64,000 bases of DNA from a virus: IMG/VR virus record IMGVR_UViG_3300023184_004167, positions 32,001 to 96,000 of that record; one strand, 5' to 3'. This document shows positions 28,296-37,947 of this stretch, piece by piece. The position numbers and the translations under genes are program-made. The notes under the pieces were generated by a model. The model searched no databases. It had not been told where the DNA came from and saw only the letters and a program-made list of their open reading frames with translations. The first letter of the stretch is position 1. Each line of letters starts with the position of its first letter.

Positions 28296-30415
28296 TTAAT
28301 ATCATATTCAATAACCAAACTAACCTTTATATCCAATACTGTTATATCAACATTTCTATCATTGATAATGGTTATTTGATTGTTAGTTTCATCAATGATA
28401 ACATCCCCAATTCCAATAATACTCATCAGTAATGTTTTTATTGAATCATACCATAGATTATCATCAGGAGATACAAGAAGAGATGTTGTAGTAAAGAATG
28501 TGTCAGTAATTTCAATACCATAGGGGTTTGCATTTACTTTTGTTGTAAAGGTTGCTGATATTAACCCACAATCAGTATGTCCAGAAGTTATATCAAAATA
28601 GCCCTCATTTAACATCTTTGATAAACTATATTTAGAACTTGATTCTATTTGGAAGGTTTGTTCTCCCATTATAAATGTCTGATAAGAAACAATGTTCTTA
28701 CTTCCTTCTATTGTTGTTGTTCTATTTAATGATGATTTATTACCATCAATAATTGTTAAACTATATGTTCCCGCAGTTAACCCATCAACAAAAATTGTTT
28801 GGGGATTACCATCAACATTATTTGACCAATTAAAAGTAAACGGAGGTGTTCCCGAAGATATCAATGCCGTTATTGTTCCATCACTACCAATACCCGCAGA
28901 TGTTGGATATAATAAAAAATCAACGGGTGCATTATATTCAACATAAACCTGAGATGTTTGAACACAACCATTAGCATCAGAAACTGATATTCCGTGTTGT
29001 CCTGACGACACTTTATAAAAAGTGGTTGCACTTAAAGTTGTTCCAACAATACCGATATCACCATCTAAAAAATAATTATATGGTGGAGTCCCACCACTTG
29101 TTTTAATAACTTCAATAACACCATTAGCCTGTCCAAATGTTGTTCCAGTGGTTTGTGTTGATATGGTAAACTTATTTTCAGTTATCAATGTATAATCATT
29201 CATAAAAGTACAACCTGACGCATCTTCAACAACAAGAGTATATGTTCCTGAACTTAAATAAGAAAATAAATTAAATTGTAATGAACTTACAACATTTTTT
29301 GAACTACTATCAGGATAAATAAGTGTATAATTATATGGATTGTTTCCCCCAACTAAACTCACAGCTATTGAACCCCCTTCATCAGAACAATTAGAGTTTT
29401 CTGATACAACATTAACAGATGTCATTCCGCTAGGTGTACTTAAAGTTGTACCAACAGACACAGAACAAAATGCTGCGTCTGTAACTAAAAATGAATATGC
29501 CCCCGCCCCAACATCACTTAATGTAAAAATCCTTGAATAAGAAATTTCAACATATCCTGTTGATGCTGAATAATAAAAAGGTGCAGTACCTCCAGTTAAT
29601 GTCAAAGTTAATGAACCATCATTACTTAAACAAGATGGTGGGTTTGCGGTAAATAACACAACAGATAATGGTGCGACATCTGTAATTGTTGCGGTTCTAA
29701 TTTGAGTACAATTTAAAGAATCTGTAACTCTAACAGCATATTCACCAGCGGTTAAACCTGTAATAGAACTTGTTGTCTCACCATTGTTCCATATGTATGT
29801 ATATGGTGAAACTCCAGTCTGCCCTGTAACATATATCTTACCTAATGGTGTATATCCGCAAGCCGCATTTGGAACCACATATAAACCAAAATCAAGTGGT
29901 GAAGATTCTTCAATAATAAATGTTTCACTTCTACCTGTACAACCGCCAGCATCTAACGCAACCATATAATATGTTCCCGCACTTAAATTTTGAAAAAGCC
30001 CTATATTAACAAGTGTATCAGTATAATTAACATAAGTCCCACCCGAATCATATAAATAAAATTGAGTGTATGAATATTCTGATGATGAAGTACCTGTTAC
30101 AATTCCATTATTCTCCCCACAAGTTGTTGCTTGAACTCCATAAACATAACAACAAACACCATTAGAAATAGGGGCATTTACATAAATTTCATTGTTAAGG
30201 GGTAGTGAGCTATCATTTATTCTTATTGCGTATGTACCTGCGTAGAGTCCACTTCTTGTTGAGGCGGTAACCTCAATATCTGTACCTAAATCCGGTGTAA
30301 CCCATTGAATGTTATATGGTGCTGTCCCCCCATACGCCACAATATTGATTTCTCCAGACCCTGTCTGTGAACAATCACCACTTATTACTACTATTTGATA
30401 CCCTAAGTCTGCCAT
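28283..30415 (-). CDS. SprB-repeat protein
   Basis: About 7 tandem CxxxxG.I...GGTxPY.Y...L.AG.Y...V.D..GC units, typical of Bacteroidota SprB repeats. Confidence 0.85.
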   Translation of the reverse strand: MADLGYQIVVISGDCSQTGSGEINIVAYGGTAPYNIQWVTPDLGTDIEVTASTRSGLYAGTYAIRINDSSLPLNNEIYVNAPISNGVCCYVYGVQATTCGENNGIVTGTSSSEYSYTQFYLYDSGGTYVNYTDTLVNIGLFQNLSAGTYYMVALDAGGCTGRSETFIIEESSPLDFGLYVVPNAACGYTPLGKIYVTGQTGVSPYTYIWNNGETTSSITGLTAGEYAVRVTDSLNCTQIRTATITDVAPLSVVLFTANPPSCLSNDGSLTLTLTGGTAPFYYSASTGYVEISYSRIFTLSDVGAGAYSFLVTDAAFCSVSVGTTLSTPSGMTSVNVVSENSNCSDEGGSIAVSLVGGNNPYNYTLIYPDSSSKNVVSSLQFNLFSYLSSGTYTLVVEDASGCTFMNDYTLITENKFTISTQTTGTTFGQANGVIEVIKTSGGTPPYNYFLDGDIGIVGTTLSATTFYKVSSGQHGISVSDANGCVQTSQVYVEYNAPVDFLLYPTSAGIGSDGTITALISSGTPPFTFNWSNNVDGNPQTIFVDGLTAGTYSLTIIDGNKSSLNRTTTIEGSKNIVSYQTFIMGEQTFQIESSSKYSLSKMLNEGYFDITSGHTDCGLISATFTTKVNANPYGIEITDTFFTTTSLLVSPDDNLWYDSIKTLLMSIIGIGDVIIDETNNQITIINDRNVDITVLDIKVSLVIEYDINCTL

Positions 30416-30418
30416 ATT

Positions 30419-33397
30419 TTAACAAGTTACATTTATATTTATACCAACACTTAAGCTTAAATTTTGATTTAGATATAGTGTTTGAGTACCTAAATTTGTT
30501 ATAGTTAATTGATTACCATTTATAAAATAAGTTAAATTAAATGGTATTATATTTTGTAAACTATTACTTAACGCTGTTATCCAATCCTGATTTGTAGGAA
30601 CTGAATTATTTCCGTATCCTGTATAAAATAGTTGATGGATAAGTACCGTACTTCCAATTTTTAAATCAACATACCAACTAGAAGAAAGTGAACTAACCCC
30701 AGCACAAGTTGCTTGTGTTTGCCCATTGGCGGATAACAAACTATTCAATGTATTAGATAATATTCCACTAAAATTAGTCACACCAATATTACCATTTAAC
30801 CAAGGGAATACATTTATTTTAACTTTTTCATTATTTAAATTATAACTTGTAAGATTTGAAATAATATTACACTTATTAACAGCAACCGGAGCAAATTGAC
30901 ATCCCCTAGTTCTTCTATACATAAATTTTTGTTTATGTAATATTGAATTTTCAAATTTAACCCCACCTTGCCATATTGTTGTTGCCGGAATCATTTGTTC
31001 CACTAATTTCAACCAAAAAGGCCCCATTCCATTCACATAATCAATTAATTTTTGATAAGTGTAATTGTTATTCGGTACACCAATTGTTTGATATTGTTCT
31101 ATATATTTCCACCAAAGAGATTGCAATGTTGGATAACCCCCCGTCTTACCATCCGTAATAAACTGGCGATTTCTAACATTAATCATATTTTGCCAAAATG
31201 TTTGAGAGAATTCAAAGAATGTTTTTTTCTTTGGTTCAGGATTGATAAAGGTTGAATCCACCCCACCAGGAACAGGATAATTAATACTTAACCCTGACTC
31301 AGGTATCGGATAATTATTTATTCTTGATTGTTCCCAAATTTCATATGCTAACCCCTGACCTGGATTTAAGAAAATATCAACATTCTTAACATTCAAAACC
31401 AATTTCTCATTATCAACATAATAATATGCATTATAATTTCCTTGACTTGATGTTCTTAACTTATCATCTGTTGATAACCAAGACTTATTATTATCAATAA
31501 CTTTTAATAACTTAAATCCGTCATTAATGTACGGAAAACTTCTATAAACATCTAAATATTCTTGTCCATAACTAAACGGAGTTAACTGAGTTTGTATATT
31601 AGTATTTTGTCCCTTATAAACATCTCCATTAATTACAAGTTGTTGTGGACTTCTATGTGATGGCGTTTGCTCATACCAACCAGCACCTTTTTGAAAGAAA
31701 TTTGATTCAGTATTCGGTGGTGATTGGGGATAACCTTGATTATCAATCGGATAATCAGATTCACTCACATTAACATAAGTATATGTCGGATTTGTTGTAA
31801 ATCCTGTAAATGTAATCCCTCTAAGTTTAAATGTATTCCCTGGCTGATACGCCGGAACTTCATCAACATATGTTCCACCTGAAATTTTTCCAAATTGTTT
31901 TTTAAAATTTTCAATACTTACAACTTGGTCAGCCAAATAAATATGTTCATTATATTCAACAAGAGATTCAGGGGCGCCTATTAAATTCAATAAAAATTCA
32001 ACAGACCTTCTAGTTCCTTTAGATTTAAAAATATACGCAGAGTTTAAAATTAAATTCCTATAAAAAGCGTAATTTAATTCTGTTTCTGTCTGAGCCCTTG
32101 CATACCCCGGATATGTTGGAGTATTTTTATTACCAAAAATAGATGATAAATAATCTTTATTGGTTATAGGAGAAAAATTTGAACCCCACCCTAATGTTTG
32201 TGATAAATCCGTTAATAATTCTGATGGTATATCATTTAAAGGGTTATAGTTTACAGAATTAGCAAATGCCAATCCATCAATGTATTGTTTAATTTGGTCA
32301 AAACTTCTTCCGTAGAGTTGAAACACTTTTTCAACTTTTCTACCCATTGTATCAAATTCTTTTAACGACCCAGATGTTAAAAATCTTGATATTAAATTTG
32401 TTTTAAATGAATCTAAATTTTCCGCAATCATTTGCAATTGAACCAAATAATCATCAAATAAAAATGACCTAATATCTAAATTCCACACACCATCTTTTGG
32501 AAATGTAACTTGTTGATAATTTGGATAGAATTGTCCATCAGCGTTTTGTGCCGGTACTTGAAAAGTTGCGGTATAAACTGGTTGAACTAACCTATTTAAT
32601 AAAAATTGTTCTATTTCATCAAAATTTTCAGCAAAAGTTTTATCAACAATGTAGTCATTTGGTCTTATTTGAAAATCATCAACACTTGTTGTTGCAGAAA
32701 CCCCAAACGGAGAACCTGAAATATAAAACGCAATATATCCACTATTTGATGTTTGTGCTGGTTGAAAAGATACCACCTTAAACTCAACACCTTTAATTAT
32801 TAAAGCATAATCTAAATAAGTTTGATATAAATTTCTATATACCGAAGTAACATCAAGACTAAGATTGGCATTCGTCACATCGCTAACCCAATAGTTAATA
32901 TTGAACGGATTATGTATCCTATCAACATTAATTTCTAAATATGTCTCATCATTTACTTGGTTATATGATATATTAGATGCAGTATTACCTATTGTAAAAT
33001 CAGGCATTGTATACTGAATATCTAAAGACGCAGGAAAATAATTTATAATTTTTGTTACAGAAACACTTAACCTTTTCGCCAAAGAACCATACATTGAAAA
33101 GTTTAGAACCTGAGTAATATCATAATTCGGATAAACCCTAAATTGTTCCGATACCCTATTGCTCTGTAAAACATTTTCAAGGTTTAAATCCGCCAAGTTT
33201 ACAGGTGCAGCAAAAGCTCCAACCCCAAACGTTCTATTAACTTTTTCTACAACCGATGTCGTAAACTCAAAATTACCTTGCGTAAGCCCTCCACCATCTA
33301 CGGTTTGCAGACCAACAATATTATCCGAGAAAGTTCCCGCACCACTGGCAGGTCTTGGGGGATAAAAATATTTTGTTTTATTAATTGTTATTGCCAT
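30419..33397 (-). CDS. baseplate wedge-like structural protein
   Basis: LLTDLSQTLGW and YIFKSKGTRRSVEFLL resemble phage tail I / gp7-type domains; late-gene context. Confidence 0.6.
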   Translation of the reverse strand: MAITINKTKYFYPPRPASGAGTFSDNIVGLQTVDGGGLTQGNFEFTTSVVEKVNRTFGVGAFAAPVNLADLNLENVLQSNRVSEQFRVYPNYDITQVLNFSMYGSLAKRLSVSVTKIINYFPASLDIQYTMPDFTIGNTASNISYNQVNDETYLEINVDRIHNPFNINYWVSDVTNANLSLDVTSVYRNLYQTYLDYALIIKGVEFKVVSFQPAQTSNSGYIAFYISGSPFGVSATTSVDDFQIRPNDYIVDKTFAENFDEIEQFLLNRLVQPVYTATFQVPAQNADGQFYPNYQQVTFPKDGVWNLDIRSFLFDDYLVQLQMIAENLDSFKTNLISRFLTSGSLKEFDTMGRKVEKVFQLYGRSFDQIKQYIDGLAFANSVNYNPLNDIPSELLTDLSQTLGWGSNFSPITNKDYLSSIFGNKNTPTYPGYARAQTETELNYAFYRNLILNSAYIFKSKGTRRSVEFLLNLIGAPESLVEYNEHIYLADQVVSIENFKKQFGKISGGTYVDEVPAYQPGNTFKLRGITFTGFTTNPTYTYVNVSESDYPIDNQGYPQSPPNTESNFFQKGAGWYEQTPSHRSPQQLVINGDVYKGQNTNIQTQLTPFSYGQEYLDVYRSFPYINDGFKLLKVIDNNKSWLSTDDKLRTSSQGNYNAYYYVDNEKLVLNVKNVDIFLNPGQGLAYEIWEQSRINNYPIPESGLSINYPVPGGVDSTFINPEPKKKTFFEFSQTFWQNMINVRNRQFITDGKTGGYPTLQSLWWKYIEQYQTIGVPNNNYTYQKLIDYVNGMGPFWLKLVEQMIPATTIWQGGVKFENSILHKQKFMYRRTRGCQFAPVAVNKCNIISNLTSYNLNNEKVKINVFPWLNGNIGVTNFSGILSNTLNSLLSANGQTQATCAGVSSLSSSWYVDLKIGSTVLIHQLFYTGYGNNSVPTNQDWITALSNSLQNIIPFNLTYFINGNQLTITNLGTQTLYLNQNLSLSVGININVTC

Positions 33398-34305
33398 TAA
33401 GCGGTTATATTATTGAAACTTTTACTAAAGTCTATATTATTATTTCTATTTTGTCTTACTTCATACAACAATGAATTAAATTGGTCTCTAATCTCAAATA
33501 AATTGTATTGTCTGAATATATTGTTATTAGAATCGTAAATTGTGTATATACCATCATCAATTGATTTGGTTTGATTACCATAAAGAGCAATTGCCAATGT
33601 ATCAATGTCGTATTCAGCCATTTGTATGTCTAATGTAATTGGATTAAAGAATGTGTTTGTAATTATAATATTTTGGTCTGGTTGTCCAATAAATGGTGTT
33701 GCATTTGGTTTGTTTGTTGGTGAAGATGATGGAGATACTGTTAAAAACAATAAATTTGATATTCCATCAACATATCTATATCTTATTGATTTTTGTGTTG
33801 TATTTGTCTGATTAACAACAACAGGTTCACAAAAGAAACAAGATGTTATTATTCTAAAAAAATTTGGTATTTTACTTCCGTCAGTATTTAAATATTCAAT
33901 TCTAAATCCAACTAATCCTTGTGGTACAAATTTATTAATAAATTGTGTTGGTACATTAGATAAATCAACAATAATACCCTTAACATTAGGTAATGCACTT
34001 AAGACACCACAATCAGTAATTGATGTTCTTATTTGTGCAGGTCTTACATATAGAGTATAAAAACCTAACGCATTAAATGTGTTTGCCGGTAATGTTAAAT
34101 TATATAAACCACCTAAGATTTCAACACCTGTGTTTCCTCCTGTCTGAGCATTATTGAAATATGGTCTTAAAAGTGTTGATGCGTCTAACGCCTTTAACAC
34201 AAAATTATCTGTTACATCCCTAGATGGTGTGTAAACCATCGTTATCTCAATATCTTCAGGACTTACGTCCGCCGGTCTTACAGTGCCATAGGTACCAATA
34301 GCCAT
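33397..34305 (-). CDS. virion structural protein
   Basis: Beta-rich protein in the late cluster. Confidence 0.6.
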   Translation of the reverse strand: MAIGTYGTVRPADVSPEDIEITMVYTPSRDVTDNFVLKALDASTLLRPYFNNAQTGGNTGVEILGGLYNLTLPANTFNALGFYTLYVRPAQIRTSITDCGVLSALPNVKGIIVDLSNVPTQFINKFVPQGLVGFRIEYLNTDGSKIPNFFRIITSCFFCEPVVVNQTNTTQKSIRYRYVDGISNLLFLTVSPSSSPTNKPNATPFIGQPDQNIIITNTFFNPITLDIQMAEYDIDTLAIALYGNQTKSIDDGIYTIYDSNNNIFRQYNLFEIRDQFNSLLYEVRQNRNNNIDFSKSFNNITA

Positions 34306-34368
34306 TTTTTATGATTTTAGTCTTTTATTGTTTTATTTTAAATTTCTATATTTTATAAATACTTTTTT

Positions 34369-35448
34369 TTACATTTTCTTCTCAACATTAAAGAAGCCAT
34401 ACCCATAATTTACTAAATCACCAACATTATCTACCTCACCCAATCTTTGTAATCTTTCATATGCACTATTTTTACCTCTCTCAACATAAACATCACTTTG
34501 AATTTGTGGTTGGTCAATAACATTAATTAACACCTCTTGTTTTATAATAGGTGTTGCTGTTATATTATCTGTAGTAAACCCTGACGAATCCATAAAAAAT
34601 AATGTAGTCCCATCAGAATAGTCATAATAATCAATGTTTTGTATGGTATATCCTGTGAAATTAGGGTTAATAGAATTTATTATACCATATATCTCCCTGT
34701 TTTTAAAAATAGGAACCCCTTGTACATATTTTTGAGAACCATATTGTTCCAAATCTTGAAGTCTAGATACAGTTTCCCCCGAAACAACATATGGTGTTGT
34801 AACATATGTTGATGATGTCTGAGTACTAACGGAATTCTCCGCATCTCCAGAAAATATATAATTATAACTTACGGGTGTTGCCGACCAATTACCTAAATTT
34901 GATATAAAATATGCAGTACCCTTCGGATTACTTATAGTCTCTAACTTATATGGTAAATTAATTTTTTTGTCTACTCTAACCATTCCCCAAGGATTTTTTT
35001 GTTCAAGGGTTATTGTATATTGTCCACTAGCGTTAGGATAGGTGTGTGTCAAATAATTGGGGGCATAAGTTGTTATTGGTTGCACCACACTTCCGTCCCC
35101 CCAATTAACAGTATATTGAGATAGTTCTAAAAACTTTTGAAATTCGTCAGAAGTATTATACACATTAACCGTATATGGTGTTGAAGTTGTTGATGAAAAT
35201 AAAAAATTTGTAACAACATCTTTTTGTTGAATTGCTCCATCAAACGGGTCATAATAACCCATATCATTAATTGTCTCCGTTATTAATATTGGAATAGTTA
35301 GTCCAGTTAAGAGTGAATACCCATTTGTTCCACCACTAATAACTTCAGTCATTGCTGAATACACACCAATACTTTGCCCGCTGTAAGTTATTGTTACTAA
35401 GTCTCGTTTAATTGTTTCAGGTGATATTACTATATTATAATAGTCCAT
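34369..35448 (-). CDS. structural protein with a PKD-like domain
   Basis: VNWGDGS...THTYPNASGQYTITL. Confidence 0.65.
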   Translation of the reverse strand: MDYYNIVISPETIKRDLVTITYSGQSIGVYSAMTEVISGGTNGYSLLTGLTIPILITETINDMGYYDPFDGAIQQKDVVTNFLFSSTTSTPYTVNVYNTSDEFQKFLELSQYTVNWGDGSVVQPITTYAPNYLTHTYPNASGQYTITLEQKNPWGMVRVDKKINLPYKLETISNPKGTAYFISNLGNWSATPVSYNYIFSGDAENSVSTQTSSTYVTTPYVVSGETVSRLQDLEQYGSQKYVQGVPIFKNREIYGIINSINPNFTGYTIQNIDYYDYSDGTTLFFMDSSGFTTDNITATPIIKQEVLINVIDQPQIQSDVYVERGKNSAYERLQRLGEVDNVGDLVNYGYGFFNVEKKM

Positions 35449-35450
35449 TA

Positions 35451-36260
35451 TTATGGGTTTACGTATTCATACCAAGTTATGGGTGTTGTTGTTCCCACCC
35501 TAAGATTCAAACTTGTATTTGTAGGGTCAAATCTAAAAATACTATAGGTTTGATTGACATAATTAAACACAACTCTATAATAAAAATACTTAATAGAATC
35601 AAAATTATATGTTTCGCTTGGTGATAAAGAACCTTGTGATTCATTCATCATTTTTGTAAATTTCCCTGTTTTTGCATTAAAAAATTTAGCCGTCATATAA
35701 AATGTATTTATACTTAAAAAATCTAATTTTTTTAACCAATAGAAGAAAAATCCTTCCTTATCTCCAACATAATCTAAAGTAAATTTTGGTATTTTAATAT
35801 TAACAGGTGTAGTATTTAACATTGAGTTAACTTTATATCCCTGTTGTGTTGGTATTATTACTGTTATGTAGTTAGTTTGTTTTTTGTCATCAACTGTATC
35901 ATAAAAATCCAATTTAAAAAATGATTTTGTGAAATCATTACTAAAATAGTATATATCTTTTACTGTAAGTCCCTCAGGTAGATAACTATTATTCCAACTA
36001 TTTGGTGTGGTTAAAGAACCTCCTGAATAAAAATAAAATTCATAGTTTATCTCAGTTTTATTTGTTGTTGGTTCAACATCATGCGGAAATCTACTAACTT
36101 CAAAGTCATAACCTTCACCAATAACATCTTTAACAACCTCATCCTCATATTTGTCAATTGACTGGTCTTGCCCCGCAAAGTCCCATTTAATTTCAATTGG
36201 AATGGTTATTTGTTTATCTCCGGTACCATCCATCCTTATTATGTATTTACTCACATCCAT
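35451..36260 (-). CDS. virion structural protein
   Basis: Aromatic-rich beta protein in the late cluster. Confidence 0.6.
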   Translation of the reverse strand: MDVSKYIIRMDGTGDKQITIPIEIKWDFAGQDQSIDKYEDEVVKDVIGEGYDFEVSRFPHDVEPTTNKTEINYEFYFYSGGSLTTPNSWNNSYLPEGLTVKDIYYFSNDFTKSFFKLDFYDTVDDKKQTNYITVIIPTQQGYKVNSMLNTTPVNIKIPKFTLDYVGDKEGFFFYWLKKLDFLSINTFYMTAKFFNAKTGKFTKMMNESQGSLSPSETYNFDSIKYFYYRVVFNYVNQTYSIFRFDPTNTSLNLRVGTTTPITWYEYVNP

Positions 36261-37947
36261 CTATTTTTGGTTTTACTGGTACGTTTATTCCTGTTATATA
36301 ATTATTTGTGTTTATACCTTCAGGTGATAACCTAAATATTATATTTCCAAATGGATATTGTGCATTATTTAAATACGGATAATCAACTCCTCTACCAAGT
36401 TCATCAATAAACCCATAATCATAAATGTCTCTCCATCTAAATTCTTGGTCAGTTTCAGAAAAAAATGAATATGATGGTATATTATCAACATCATTAATAC
36501 TTCCTGTTTCAATATAGTCTGAATAAACTTTTAATGTTGTTGAATGATGTGGGCGATAATAATACCCATCACCATTTGTTGTTTGTCCTGTCGTTGTTTG
36601 AAAATTATCCTGATTAAATTTTATCTTATTATAATATGGCGAGATTACTCTTTCTACTTGCTCATAATCATTCCACTCACAAAAATCACCATCAATAACA
36701 TCTCCAAGATTTAAATTATTGTTATAATAAAATGTTTTGGTATTTCCGGTATCATTATAAGATGACACACTTATATTTGAGTTTGAATCAATATTATTAT
36801 CATCCCACCACGGATTATTTGTTTCTGTTATATTAAAAAACCAACCCTGTTTTAATCCCACATTATTCCCAAATGGTTTATTAAAATAACCTGAATACCC
36901 TTTATTAATAATTGTTAAAAATATTTCACTAATGGGTCTTTTTTGATTATCTAATAAAATACTTAAATCTAAATCTTTTTTGCTTGTTATTGTATAAGCA
37001 TTACTACTACTTTTTTGAGATATCCTTGTTAATCCATTGGGTGTTATAGAACTTAAAGTCAGTTGTTTACTCTCAAGAAATGCATTCTTTTGAAACCCTG
37101 TTTTTGTAATAATAATATCATCATTATTTGTTAATATCTTATGTTCTCTAATATAATATTTTGATGTTGATTCTAAGGGGTTTTCAAAGTTGGCAACCCT
37201 TTTGAACACCCCTGTTTTATTGTTTAAAAATGTAGTTCCTGTATACCCAATATCATAGACATTAAAAACAAAAATATCACTATCTAAGGTGTCATTACCT
37301 AATGAATAAACCTCAAAAATGTTAGTATTATTATAACTAAAAGAAAGTTTAACAGATTCGGAAACTTTTAATCCGTGAGGCATAACACACTCAAAAGAAA
37401 TTATTTTATCACCATTTGATGTACTTTTTTTAATAATAAATGGTATTCCAGTACTAGCCGTCCAAGTTAAATTATTATTATTTAAAGTATAACTTAGTTT
37501 TTTATTATAATCGTTACTATATGGATAACTAACATAATAACTCCAATTATAAGTGTAAGCACTTTTTGATTCATAAGTAATATGTTGGTCAACCACATTT
37601 GGTCTAAAAAAATCAAATTCAAAAAATTGGGGGTACCCATACCATACATTACTAAAAATTGATATTTCTGGGTTTACATAATATAGATTATATAAAAATG
37701 GTGTATAATTTGTTGTTCCAATATATGAATTACTATATAAATAACTTATTTCAAATGCCGGTCTGAATACTGAAGATGCTTGTCTTTCATCATTATAAAC
37801 TTGAGATAATCCTACCGTTCTAATTCTATCATATTCTGTTATTACCCTAGCCTCATTATTTAATGATATTGCGATTCTTTGGTCAACAGACGGAGCAGAC
37901 TTATACTCTAATTGGCTCGGTATTATTCTATAATCATATAGTTTCAA
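36247..37947 (-). CDS. virion structural protein
   Basis: Late cluster; overlaps neighbouring genes. Confidence 0.6.
   Translation of the reverse strand: MKLYDYRIIPSQLEYKSAPSVDQRIAISLNNEARVITEYDRIRTVGLSQVYNDERQASSVFRPAFEISYLYSNSYIGTTNYTPFLYNLYYVNPEISIFSNVWYGYPQFFEFDFFRPNVVDQHITYESKSAYTYNWSYYVSYPYSNDYNKKLSYTLNNNNLTWTASTGIPFIIKKSTSNGDKIISFECVMPHGLKVSESVKLSFSYNNTNIFEVYSLGNDTLDSDIFVFNVYDIGYTGTTFLNNKTGVFKRVANFENPLESTSKYYIREHKILTNNDDIIITKTGFQKNAFLESKQLTLSSITPNGLTRISQKSSSNAYTITSKKDLDLSILLDNQKRPISEIFLTIINKGYSGYFNKPFGNNVGLKQGWFFNITETNNPWWDDNNIDSNSNISVSSYNDTGNTKTFYYNNNLNLGDVIDGDFCEWNDYEQVERVISPYYNKIKFNQDNFQTTTGQTTNGDGYYYRPHHSTTLKVYSDYIETGSINDVDNIPSYSFFSETDQEFRWRDIYDYGFIDELGRGVDYPYLNNAQYPFGNIIFRLSPEGINTNNYITGINVPVKPKIDGCE

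Noticed and set aside
16405-30415. Diversity-generating retroelement acting on the adhesin heads
   Set aside because: No reverse transcriptase and no template/variable repeat pair differing only at adenines was seen in this window.
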